NCBI RefSeq assembly: GCF_000195975.1
Contig: NC_005070.1
Coordinates: forward strand, 1,620,001-1,652,000
Length of the DNA stretch: 32,000 nt
Reading direction: 5' to 3'
DNA from: Parasynechococcus marenigrum WH 8102
GTDB lineage: Bacteria > Cyanobacteriota > Cyanobacteriia > PCC-6307 > Cyanobiaceae
A program made the translations under genes and the position numbers. How positions within the stretch are numbered: position 1 is the first letter of the stretch; each line of letters begins with the position of its first letter. Of the stretch, positions 19,034 through 27,134 are shown one piece after another. The notes beneath the pieces were generated by a model. That model did not search any database. It had not been told where the DNA came from and saw only the letters and a list, made by a program, of their open reading frames with translations.

Positions 19034-20241
19034 CTCAGCTTCGTCTCAGCTCGCTGGCTTTGCTCACTGGAGCCATCAGTGGAGCAGGGGTCGCTCTGTT
19101 CATGGCACTGATCGGATTGATAACCCGACAGCTCTGGGGGGATCCGGTTGTGAAAGGACTGGATGGGCAGATTCCGTTAGTTTGGTCGATCGCGATCTGC
19201 GGAGGCATCGGCCTGGTGCTCAGCCAGCTCCATCGCGCCGGTGACCACACACTGCTGCCGGAACTGCCGGAGACGATCGCCGATCTACGGGATCCAGACC
19301 ATGCTCCGCCACGGGACAACGGCCGAGCCATCCTCGGAGCAGCTCTGGCCCAGATCGGTGGCGGCAGCATCGGCCCGGAAGCTCTGATGACTCGTTTGGC
19401 TGCCCTGCTCAGTCAACGGATCTGGCGGGACCGAGACCATGAGCTGAAATTCGCCGCCGCCGCTGGCAGTCTCGGCCTGTTCGGCTTTCCACTTCTAGGG
19501 GGAGCCGTCGTTCAGACCCATCAGCGCCGAGATCTGATCGCTCGCTGGATCCCTGGCGCCCTGGGGGGCTTGGCCGGGTTCGCCGCCTTCCATGGCATCG
19601 ACCAGGCCAGTGGCGGCAGCCTGCAACGCATGGCCTACAGCTGGCCCAGCAACCTCGGGGAAGATCTGGGCACCCTCAGCTCAGGGGCCCTGGCAGGCGT
19701 GGTGGGGTGGGGCCTGGGCTGGCTGCTGCTGCACTGGCGAAACTGGCTTGAGCGACGGCAGCTTCTGGCCCACTGGCGCTGGTGGCCAGCGCTGACCGGT
19801 CTGTTGCTGGGCATCACGATGCACTGGCTGCCGCTGGTGCCCTTCGCCGGAGAGGAGCAACTGCGTCCCCTGCTGGAGGGTGCAGGCGGCACAGGTTCCT
19901 TTCTTTTCATCATTTCGGCGCTCGTCAAACTGGTGCTGATGGGCCTCTGCCTGGAGACCGGCTGGCGTGGCGGCATCTTCTTTCCGCTGTTCCTGATCGC
20001 CTGCGCTGTGGGTGTGGGTCTGCACGACCTCTGGCCAGGCCTGGGCAGCCTGGGGAGTTGGTGCGGCGGCATCACCGGCGCGATCTATCTCACGGTGCTG
20101 CGCTCACCCCTCGTCGCCCTGATCCTGGGGCTGGGTTTGCTGCAAGGCCATGGCGCCACAGGCGTTGTGGTGGGTGTGGCCGTGGCCTGGCTGATCACCC
20201 ACCGCTCGCCATCAGGTGATGGCCCTCCACCTGCCCAGTAA
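19030..20241 (+). CDS. ClC-like (voltage-gated chloride channel family) membrane protein, 403 aa
   Basis: About 10 hydrophobic helices. The motifs [14 protein letters not shown] and [18 protein letters not shown] resemble the ClC GxEGP and GGIFxP filter segments. A canonical GSGIP motif is not evident. The GTG start overlaps the ferredoxin stop (GTGA). Confidence 0.65.
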   Translation: MTQLRLSSLALLTGAISGAGVALFMALIGLITRQLWGDPVVKGLDGQIPLVWSIAICGGIGLVLSQLHRAGDHTLLPELPETIADLRDPDHAPPRDNGRAILGAALAQIGGGSIGPEALMTRLAALLSQRIWRDRDHELKFAAAAGSLGLFGFPLLGGAVVQTHQRRDLIARWIPGALGGLAGFAAFHGIDQASGGSLQRMAYSWPSNLGEDLGTLSSGALAGVVGWGLGWLLLHWRNWLERRQLLAHWRWWPALTGLLLGITMHWLPLVPFAGEEQLRPLLEGAGGTGSFLFIISALVKLVLMGLCLETGWRGGIFFPLFLIACAVGVGLHDLWPGLGSLGSWCGGITGAIYLTVLRSPLVALILGLGLLQGHGATGVVVGVAVAWLITHRSPSGDGPPPAQ

Positions 20242-21115
20242 ACACACGACTCGCCAGGATGTCCGGAGCCTCAATGGTGATCAGATCGTCCTTGGTGAGT
20301 GCTTCCGCCATGCGAGCAAACAGTCGATTGGCCTGGCGCAGCCTGGCCCGGTCGATGGCATTGCGGATGGAGCGGGCATTGGCAAAAAACGGCAACTGAC
20401 GTCGCAGCGTGATGTACTCCGCAAACGCCTGCTCAGCTTCCGCACTGAAGCGGTACTGCTGCGCGTTCAACAGCAAGCCGGCAATCGCCATCAAGTCCGC
20501 ATTGCTGTAGTCCGGAAAATCCAGGTGATGGGCCACCCGGGAGGACAGCCCGGGATTGGAGCTGTAGAAGCTGTCCATCCGATCCTTATATCCCGCGAAA
20601 ATCACCACCACCTCCGTGCGGCGGTTTTCCATCTCCTGCAGCAGGATCTCAATCGCCTCAGCCCCGTAATCGCGTTCGTTGTCAGGCTTGTAGAGGTAGT
20701 AGGCCTCATCAATGAACAGCACACCGCCCTGGGCCCGCTTGAGCATCTCTTTGGTCTTGGGCGCCGTGTGACCCACGTACTGCCCCACCAGATCATCCCG
20801 AGTGGCCGTCACTACATGGCCTTTGCGGAGGTAACCGAGGCGATGCAGGATCTGCGACATCCTTTGCGCCACGGTGGTTTTTCCCGTCCCCGGATTGCCG
20901 GTGAACGACATGTGGAGGCTTGGCGCTGTGCTGGCCAGTTCCAGTTGCTGCCGCGCCTGATCCACCAACAACAGTGCTGCAATCTCACGGATCCTCGTCT
21001 TTACCGGGGTAAGGCCGATCAGCTCACGGTCGAGTTGGTCCAGCACCTCAGCCACGCCGGATTCGGCGTAGTTGGCCGCCAGATCAACCGAGGAGGGCAT
21101 CGATCTGAGCGGCAA
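20195..21115 (-). CDS. cbbX: CbbX-type AAA+ protein (red-type Rubisco-activase homologue), 306 aa
   Basis: Walker [12 protein letters not shown], pore-loop context [15 protein letters not shown], Walker [12 protein letters not shown], and then [25 protein letters not shown]. The start (ATG 21115 or 21100) lies inside the end of the acRAF gene. Confidence 0.9.
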   Translation of the reverse strand: MPLRSMPSSVDLAANYAESGVAEVLDQLDRELIGLTPVKTRIREIAALLLVDQARQQLELASTAPSLHMSFTGNPGTGKTTVAQRMSQILHRLGYLRKGHVVTATRDDLVGQYVGHTAPKTKEMLKRAQGGVLFIDEAYYLYKPDNERDYGAEAIEILLQEMENRRTEVVVIFAGYKDRMDSFYSSNPGLSSRVAHHLDFPDYSNADLMAIAGLLLNAQQYRFSAEAEQAFAEYITLRRQLPFFANARSIRNAIDRARLRQANRLFARMAEALTKDDLITIEAPDILASRVFTGQVEGHHLMASGG

Positions 21116-21335
21116 AGGCGCGATCGGCTTCGTTCAACTGGGCATCGGGATTGTCATCCTCCGGGCGGATCGTGATGTTCACGTAGGTGCTCCCGAAGCT
21201 GATGTCCGGAAAGCGCTGGGTGGATTCGCTGTGCTCGCCCAACTTGTCGAGGAAATCCCGGGTGGAGCTGTAGCCGTCGAACTCGAAACGACGCTCCAGG
21301 CAGACCGGACGCTTGCGTTCCTGCCACTGATCCAT
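21084..21335 (-). CDS. Pterin-4a-carbinolamine-dehydratase-like protein, alpha-carboxysome Rubisco assembly factor (acRAF) type, 83 aa
   Basis: PCD/DCoH-sized ORF (..[34 protein letters not shown]..). At the positions where enzymatic PCDs carry HHP and TH, it reads RFP and RP, so the catalytic His residues are missing. Its location between chpX and cbbX fits acRAF. Confidence 0.75.
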   Translation of the reverse strand: MDQWQERKRPVCLERRFEFDGYSSTRDFLDKLGEHSESTQRFPDISFGSTYVNITIRPEDDNPDAQLNEADRAFAAQIDALLG

Positions 21336-21360
21336 CGTCGTCCGAGAGCCTTCTCAAAAC

Positions 21361-22503
21361 CTAGAGGAGCGCCACCAGCTGGCAGCCCATCAAGCGACCG
21401 GACCAGGCCTCGGCGTAGGCCCGATTGGCTGCCTGCTGTTCCGAATCATCGGTATCCAATGGATGGGGCATGGTGCCGGAGATGGCGGCATTGGTGACGC
21501 AGAACATCGACTTCTGGAAGCTGACGCAGATCTGAACGTGCACATCCGTCTGGCCCCGACCGTTTTCGTCGTACCAGCGGCTGAGCTCCTCCGGCAGATG
21601 GCGGAACATGTCCTGCATGCACAGGCTCGGCGGGATACCGGCCCCCATGCTGGGAATCGGATCGGCGTACAGCGCCCCGTACTTGAAGTCACTGATGTCC
21701 GGCGAGATCTGACGGGCCTGGGCGTTGTAGGAAACCGTGCCCAGGAACGGCATGCCGCGGAAGAACACAGCTTCCACGTAAGGCACGGCCACATCCACCA
21801 GAAAGGTGAGACCAGCCTCTGGAGGCAGCACCCAGATGTCTTCACCACCCAGCGTCACTTGATAGGTGATGGGGTTGCCGGCCGCTGCCACCAGGCCATC
21901 GCGGATGTGATGCACAACATCGTTAACGCAGGTGACCTCCTTGATCGCATAGCGACGGGCCAGGTCGACAAAAATGTCGCTCATCACCCGCCAAAACAGA
22001 CCAAGGCAATAGATCGTGGTGAGTGAACGGATCGATTCCGGGGCAAAGCCGGGATAAAGCCGATGGGTGAGCGCCAGCAATGGATCCCGTGCCGCTTTGC
22101 GTTGGATGATCCGTTGGCAGGCCTCAGCAAACTCCGGGGTGTCGAGGTAGGCATCCAGGCCACCGGTGCCGTGCCAGAACATCGCCTTCTGGCAGTACTC
22201 GGCGTACTCGAAGTTGATCCTGTCCCCCAGCAGGTGCTGCCAAAGGCGCTTCAGGTTGAAGCCCTCATGAAAGAACCGGAACACGGGGAAGGGATTCAGC
22301 AGCTGCTTCTCACCCTGATCCACCAGGTTTTTGCTGTAGGCATCGAGCACGATGCCGTAACTCTCGAGCACATTCACCACCTGCAGCAGATGGTCCGGTG
22401 TGTCCTTGAGCAATGGCGTATCGCTGAGCAGGCGCCGGATCAGCTCCTCCTGATCCGGCAACTGGGGTGGAGCCACTGCCGTGGGCTTCAAGGTGGTGGT
22501 CAT
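21361..22503 (-). CDS. chpX: CO2 hydration protein ChpX (CupB) of the NDH-1(4) complex, 380 aa
   Basis: Typical ChpX/ChpY sequence (LLNPFPVFRFFHEGFNLKRLWQHLLGDRINFEYAEYC..FWHGTGGLDAYLD..). Its ATG overlaps the ndhD4 stop (ATGA). Confidence 0.9.
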   Translation of the reverse strand: MTTTLKPTAVAPPQLPDQEELIRRLLSDTPLLKDTPDHLLQVVNVLESYGIVLDAYSKNLVDQGEKQLLNPFPVFRFFHEGFNLKRLWQHLLGDRINFEYAEYCQKAMFWHGTGGLDAYLDTPEFAEACQRIIQRKAARDPLLALTHRLYPGFAPESIRSLTTIYCLGLFWRVMSDIFVDLARRYAIKEVTCVNDVVHHIRDGLVAAAGNPITYQVTLGGEDIWVLPPEAGLTFLVDVAVPYVEAVFFRGMPFLGTVSYNAQARQISPDISDFKYGALYADPIPSMGAGIPPSLCMQDMFRHLPEELSRWYDENGRGQTDVHVQICVSFQKSMFCVTNAAISGTMPHPLDTDDSEQQAANRAYAEAWSGRLMGCQLVALL

Positions 22504-23990
22504 GAGAGTCCTCCGCTGATCTGACTCAGGCCCGTGGTGGCTGCTTCACTGAGGTTTGACAGCAGTTCCGGTGCCAGGCCAAGAACCAGAACACCAAGGC
22601 TGAGGACAATGGCCGGCACTTGTTCCCGCAAGGCAACCCGGTCGAGAATACGGGGATTCACCACCTCGCCGGGGGCGATCGCAAGTCGCCCGAAGAATGC
22701 CCGGTTCACCAGCAGGAGGAAATACACCGCCGTGAGGCCGGAGCCCACCATCGACAGCAACGTGGCGATGGGGAACGGCTGCAGGCTGCCTCGGAAGATC
22801 AGAAATTCAGAGATGAAGCCAGCCATGCCTGGAATCCCTGCACTGGCCATCACACCGATGATCATCAGAGAACCGGTCAGCGGCAGGCCCCGCTGAGGGT
22901 TGAGCAGACCGCGAAGAACATTGAGATCTCGGGTGCCGGTTCGGGCGTAGACCACGCCCACCAGCAGGAAGAGCACCCCGGAGATCAGCCCATGGCTGAT
23001 CATCTGGAACAGGGCACCCATCAACCCAAGCGGCGTGGCAGCGGCCGCCGCCAGCAGCACGTAGCCCATGTGACCAACGGAGCTGTAGGCCACCATCCGT
23101 TTCATGTCGGTTTGAGCGATCGCGGCCAAAGAGCCGTAAAGCACCGAAATCGCCGCCCAGGCCGCCAACCAGGGGGAGGCCAGTTGCCAGGCCTCGGGGA
23201 ACAGACCAAGGCAGAACCGCAGCAAGCCGTAGGTACCCAGCTTGAGCAACACCCCGGCCAGCAGCACCGACACCGGTGTGGAGGCCTCGGTGTGGGCATC
23301 CGGCAACCAGGTGTGAAACGGAAACAGGGGGATTTTGATGCCGAAGCCGATCAGCAGGGCGCCCATTAACACCAACTGAGCCGTCATCCCCAGCTCACCG
23401 GCCATGATCGGCTGCAAGCTGAAATCCATCGTGCCGCTGACGAAGGCCAGTCCGAGGAAGGCTGCCAGAATCATCACACCGGACACCGCCGTGACGATCA
23501 GAAATTTGGTGGCGGCATAGGCCCGGTTGGCACCACCCCACACGGCAATCAACAGCCACAGGGGAATCAGTTCCAGCTCGTAGAACAGGAAAAACAGCAG
23601 CAGGTTCTGAGCCAGGAAGGCACCGTTCACAGCGCCGCTGATCACCAGCAGCAAGGCGAAATAGATCCGAGGCCGGTTGTCGATCGATCGCGACGCAATG
23701 GCGGCGACCAGGCAGAGCACCCCATTCATCAACACCAGCGGCAGGGACAAACCATCCACCGCCAGGGCGTAATCCAGGCCGATGGCATGGACCCAGCGGG
23801 CCTGCTCGACCAGCTGCAAACCAGCGTCTGCAGGATCGAACGGCAGCAACAGCGCAAAGCTGGCCACGCACTGAACAGCCAGCAGCACGATCGTGACCTC
23901 ACGCAGCCGAGCACTGGTGGGTGCCCCAGGCCAGAGGATCAGGACCAGAGCCCCCAGCAGGGGAATCAACAGCAGCAGGGAAAGCAGCAT
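22500..23990 (-). CDS. ndhD4: NAD(P)H-quinone oxidoreductase subunit D4 (NdhD4), 496 aa
   Basis: NuoM/NdhD-type antiporter-like subunit (FPFHTWLPDAHTEASTPVSVLLAGVLLKLGTYGLLRF). Its position between ndhF4 and chpX identifies the D4 paralogue. Confidence 0.88.
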   Translation of the reverse strand: MLLSLLLLIPLLGALVLILWPGAPTSARLREVTIVLLAVQCVASFALLLPFDPADAGLQLVEQARWVHAIGLDYALAVDGLSLPLVLMNGVLCLVAAIASRSIDNRPRIYFALLLVISGAVNGAFLAQNLLLFFLFYELELIPLWLLIAVWGGANRAYAATKFLIVTAVSGVMILAAFLGLAFVSGTMDFSLQPIMAGELGMTAQLVLMGALLIGFGIKIPLFPFHTWLPDAHTEASTPVSVLLAGVLLKLGTYGLLRFCLGLFPEAWQLASPWLAAWAAISVLYGSLAAIAQTDMKRMVAYSSVGHMGYVLLAAAAATPLGLMGALFQMISHGLISGVLFLLVGVVYARTGTRDLNVLRGLLNPQRGLPLTGSLMIIGVMASAGIPGMAGFISEFLIFRGSLQPFPIATLLSMVGSGLTAVYFLLLVNRAFFGRLAIAPGEVVNPRILDRVALREQVPAIVLSLGVLVLGLAPELLSNLSEAATTGLSQISGGLS

Positions 23991-24000
23991 CTCAGGGCGA

Positions 24001-25845
24001 TCAGGTGAGGAACCAGCTCACCGAGGTGAGAAAGAGAACAATGGCCACCAGCACCGTGAGCACATACGACTGGCTCTGGCCGCTGACGCTGAGCTTCAGG
24101 CCTTCGGCGCTCTGCAACGACAGGCGGGCCACACCGTTGAGCACACCGTCAACAACGGTGCGGTCAAACCAGAAGGCCAGACGCGACACGCGGGCCACCA
24201 CATTCACGATGGTGAGGCGATAGAAATTCTCGGTGTAGAAGTCGTAGGCCAGCAGGTCCTGGAACCAGCGCAGCCAGGGGTTGAGTGAACGGGACCAGGC
24301 CTTGCTCAACGGCAACAGAGCACCTGCTACAAGCCCGATCAGTCCGCTGCCCACCACCAGGCCCGCTGCCCAGAGCGGGAACGCGAGAAGCCCGTCGAGG
24401 GATTCCAGCCGCACCAGCAGCAGAGGGGTGAGCAACACCACCACCGACAGGGCCACCATCGGCAAGGCCATCTGCCAGTTCACTTCAGCTGAACGGCGCG
24501 ACTTGATAAGGGGGTTGCCGAGGAACACGTGACGGAACACCCGCACCAAACCAAGAGCCGTGAGGGCATTGGTGAGCAGGAAAACACCCATGAAAGGGAT
24601 CGAACGCACGCTGAGAAGCTCAATCGACTGGGCCAGGGCCAGGAATCCACCCAAGGGCAGGAAACCCACCAACCCGGCACCACCAACAACAAAAGCTGTC
24701 GTGGTCGCCGGCATCCGACTTCCCAGGCCACCCAGCTCGGTGATGTCCTGGCAATTGGTCGACGCAATCACGCCACCGATGCTCATCGACAGCAACGCCT
24801 TCGATACGGCGTGGGAGAACAACAGCAGCAGAGCCAGAACAGGAATCTGCAGCGCGATGGCAATGAACACCAGGCCCATATGGGCCGTTGTTGTGTACGA
24901 CTGGGTGCGCTTGATGTCCACCTGAGCGATGGCCACCAACGAGCCGCCGATGGCGCTGATGCTGCCGATCACCAGCAGCACCCCTTCGGCAATGGGGGAG
25001 AGCTGCAGGATTGGCATCACCTTGAGCAGGACGATCGCCCCGCAGGTGACCACCACGGAATTGCGCAGGATGGAAGCTGGGTTGGGCCCCTCCATCGCTT
25101 CATCCAGCCACAGGTGCATCGGGAACTGGGCGCACTTGCCTGTGGGGCCGGCAATCAGCCCAAGCCCCAGCAACGTTGCCGCCAAGGGGGAAAGAGCATC
25201 CTGCGCGGCCCAGGCGTAGAGGTCGTTGAACCCCATGGCACCGGAATAACTGCAGAGGGCCACCACACCCATCAGCAGGAGCACATCGCCAACACGCTTG
25301 GTGAGAAAGGCATCCCGCGCGGCCGTCACCACCAGCGGCTGGGCGTACCAGAAACCCACCAGTAAATAGGTGGAGAGGGTAAGCATCTCCAGCAGGAAAT
25401 AGCTCTGGAACAACGAATCGCTCAGCACCACGCCGCTCATCGCCCCCTCAAAGAAGCCAAGCAGGGCAAAGAAACGGGCCAGCGCCCACTCCTTGTCCAT
25501 ATAGCCGAGGGAATAAACCTGGGAGAACAGGCTCAAACCGGTGATCAGCTCCAGGGCTACCAGGTTGGTGAGCGAAAGGCTGAAGCTGATGTCCAGCTCC
25601 AGATCTGCAACGGTGAGCCAGGGGAAAGCCAGGTCCACCGGGCCTGACTGGAACACCTGCTGAAGAATGAGGCTGCCGTGGCCGAAAGCCAGCAGGGTCA
25701 GAAGAATATTGAGATAGGCCGCCGGACGATGGGCGTCACGACGAAACAGGCCTAATGCCCAAGGTAGAGACACCAGCATACCGGCGAATCCATAGAGAGG
25801 AATCAGCCAGGCGGTCTGGATAGGAAGCGAGAGCTCCTGAGTCAA
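24001..25845 (-). CDS. ndhF4: NAD(P)H-quinone oxidoreductase subunit F4 (NdhF4), 614 aa, apparent TTG start
   Basis: NuoL/NdhF-type subunit (QTAWLIPLYGFAGM..; GKCAQFPMHLWLDEAMEGPNPASILRN). No ATG lies near the 5' end, and TTG 25845 is the first start in frame. Confidence 0.88.
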   Translation of the reverse strand: MTQELSLPIQTAWLIPLYGFAGMLVSLPWALGLFRRDAHRPAAYLNILLTLLAFGHGSLILQQVFQSGPVDLAFPWLTVADLELDISFSLSLTNLVALELITGLSLFSQVYSLGYMDKEWALARFFALLGFFEGAMSGVVLSDSLFQSYFLLEMLTLSTYLLVGFWYAQPLVVTAARDAFLTKRVGDVLLLMGVVALCSYSGAMGFNDLYAWAAQDALSPLAATLLGLGLIAGPTGKCAQFPMHLWLDEAMEGPNPASILRNSVVVTCGAIVLLKVMPILQLSPIAEGVLLVIGSISAIGGSLVAIAQVDIKRTQSYTTTAHMGLVFIAIALQIPVLALLLLFSHAVSKALLSMSIGGVIASTNCQDITELGGLGSRMPATTTAFVVGGAGLVGFLPLGGFLALAQSIELLSVRSIPFMGVFLLTNALTALGLVRVFRHVFLGNPLIKSRRSAEVNWQMALPMVALSVVVLLTPLLLVRLESLDGLLAFPLWAAGLVVGSGLIGLVAGALLPLSKAWSRSLNPWLRWFQDLLAYDFYTENFYRLTIVNVVARVSRLAFWFDRTVVDGVLNGVARLSLQSAEGLKLSVSGQSQSYVLTVLVAIVLFLTSVSWFLT

Positions 25846-25956
25846 AACGGCAAGCGGGATCGGGATCGGGCTGGTCGTTGATTGGCCGGCGAATCTAGGG
25901 ACGACACCGTGTTCTGGGCGCTCTTTGTGAACGGCTGTAGTACTGGTGCTGTGGTA

Positions 25957-26508
25957 TCAGAGACGGCGTGTGGCGCCGCTGACGATCAGAGCGGGCTCCA
26001 CTTCCTGATGGGGGCGAGCAATGATGTGAGCGGCGACAAGTCCGTCACCCACACGCTCACAGGCATCTGCCCCCGCGCGAACAGCAGCGTTGACAGCACC
26101 AGTTTCACCACGAACCATCACGGTGACGTAGCCACCACCGACGTACTCGCGGCAGATCAGGCTGACTTCAGCCGCCTTGGTCATGGCATCAGCCGCTTCG
26201 ATGGCAGGGACCATGCCACGGGTTTCGATCATGCCCAGGGCAATGCCCTGCACAGGGCTTGCAGCGGGAGCGGTGTTGCTCACAGGCTTGGCAACGCTGC
26301 CGCCACCTGCCGAGCCCGACGCTGCGCTTCTGCGGGTGGTGGTAGTGCTGCGTCGGGTGGTCGAGGGTGCTGGGGTGGGTGCAGGAGTCGCAGCGGTCGA
26401 AGCAGCGGGCGTTGCAGGGGTGGCCACGGGATTCACATCAACGGTCTTGTTCGCTGCAGCACTGCTGCGGGTGGTGCGGCGACGGGGTGTGGGGGACGGG
26501 GTGGCCAT
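25957..26508 (-). CDS. csoS1E: BMC-H carboxysome shell protein with a ~87-aa disordered N-terminal extension (CsoS1E-type), 183 aa
   Basis: The C-terminal canonical BMC domain is GIALGMIETRGMVPAIEAADAMTKAAEVSLI..GGGYVTVMVRGETGAVNAAVRAG. The N-terminal Pro/Thr/Ala/Arg-rich region is MATPSPTPRRRTTRSSAA..TPAPTPAPSTTRRSTTTTRRSAASGS. It sits directly after csoS4B. Confidence 0.85.
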   Translation of the reverse strand: MATPSPTPRRRTTRSSAAANKTVDVNPVATPATPAASTAATPAPTPAPSTTRRSTTTTRRSAASGSAGGGSVAKPVSNTAPAASPVQGIALGMIETRGMVPAIEAADAMTKAAEVSLICREYVGGGYVTVMVRGETGAVNAAVRAGADACERVGDGLVAAHIIARPHQEVEPALIVSGATRRL

Positions 26509-26560
26509 GGGGAGAGGGGAGTGGAAGCGGAACGGAAACGGCGGAAGGAGGGAAGGCTCC

Positions 26561-26812
26561 CTATCCGTCAGGATTCCAGTGATCGATGATCCCGCCGATG
26601 GTCAGATCGGTGAGGACCTTGTTGTCCGGGCAGGCATGCCGGGCAGCCGAGCCGCTGGCGGTGAACACCCAGTTGCCCTCTCGGGCACCCACGGGATCGA
26701 CGGCCACCAGCTTCTTGCCTTTGGCATTGCGAAGGATGCGCAGGTGCATGTGATCCAGCCCCGCCACGCGGAAGCTGCATACCAAGGTGCCCATCACCTG
26801 CATGATCTCCAT
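26561..26812 (-). CDS. csoS4B: Carboxysome vertex (BMC-P pentamer) protein CsoS4B, 83 aa
   Basis: EutN/CcmL fold pattern MEIMQVMGTLVCSFRVAGL..KLVAVDPVGAREGNWVF..LTIGGIIDHW. Its ATG overlaps the csoS4A stop by 1 nt. Confidence 0.9.
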   Translation of the reverse strand: MEIMQVMGTLVCSFRVAGLDHMHLRILRNAKGKKLVAVDPVGAREGNWVFTASGSAARHACPDNKVLTDLTIGGIIDHWNPDG

Positions 26813-27132
26813 CAGACGCTCGCGCCTCCGGCAGGATTTGCTGTGGGTGCAGGGGTGGGAGCCGGCGCAGGGGCTGGAGTCTTCGGTGGGTCCGGTTCCC
26901 AGTGATCGATGATCCCCACAATGGTGAGGTCACTGGGATACGACTTACTACCAGCCGCTTCACGGGCGGCGGAGCTGCTGACGCAGATCACCCAGTCTCC
27001 GGGTTTCGCACCCACCGCATCAACAGCCACCTTCTTGGCGCTTCCGTCTTGCACCACCTGAAGATGCTTGTGCTCGAAATCCGGAATGCGGTTGGTGGAG
27101 ACGAGCGGCTTGATGACCTTGACGATGAGCAT
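26812..27132 (-). CDS. csoS4A: Carboxysome vertex (BMC-P pentamer) protein CsoS4A with a Pro/Ala-rich C-terminal tail, 106 aa
   Basis: Start set at ATG 27132 (MLIVKVIKPLVSTNRIP..), 2 nt after the csoS3 stop; the 159-aa track ORF is over-extended. The EutN/CcmL core runs to ..LTIVGIIDHWEPD, followed by PPKTPAPAPAPTPAPTANPAGGASV. Confidence 0.9.
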   Translation of the reverse strand: MLIVKVIKPLVSTNRIPDFEHKHLQVVQDGSAKKVAVDAVGAKPGDWVICVSSSAAREAAGSKSYPSDLTIVGIIDHWEPDPPKTPAPAPAPTPAPTANPAGGASV

Positions 27133-27134
27133 GA

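Noticed and set aside
5222-23123. HIP1 octamers (GCGATCGC) at 5222-5229, 6286-6293, 22675-22682 and 23116-23123
   Set aside because: Four copies against roughly one expected by composition is only a mild enrichment, and all are inside coding regions. This is a known cyanobacterial genome signature, not a local feature.
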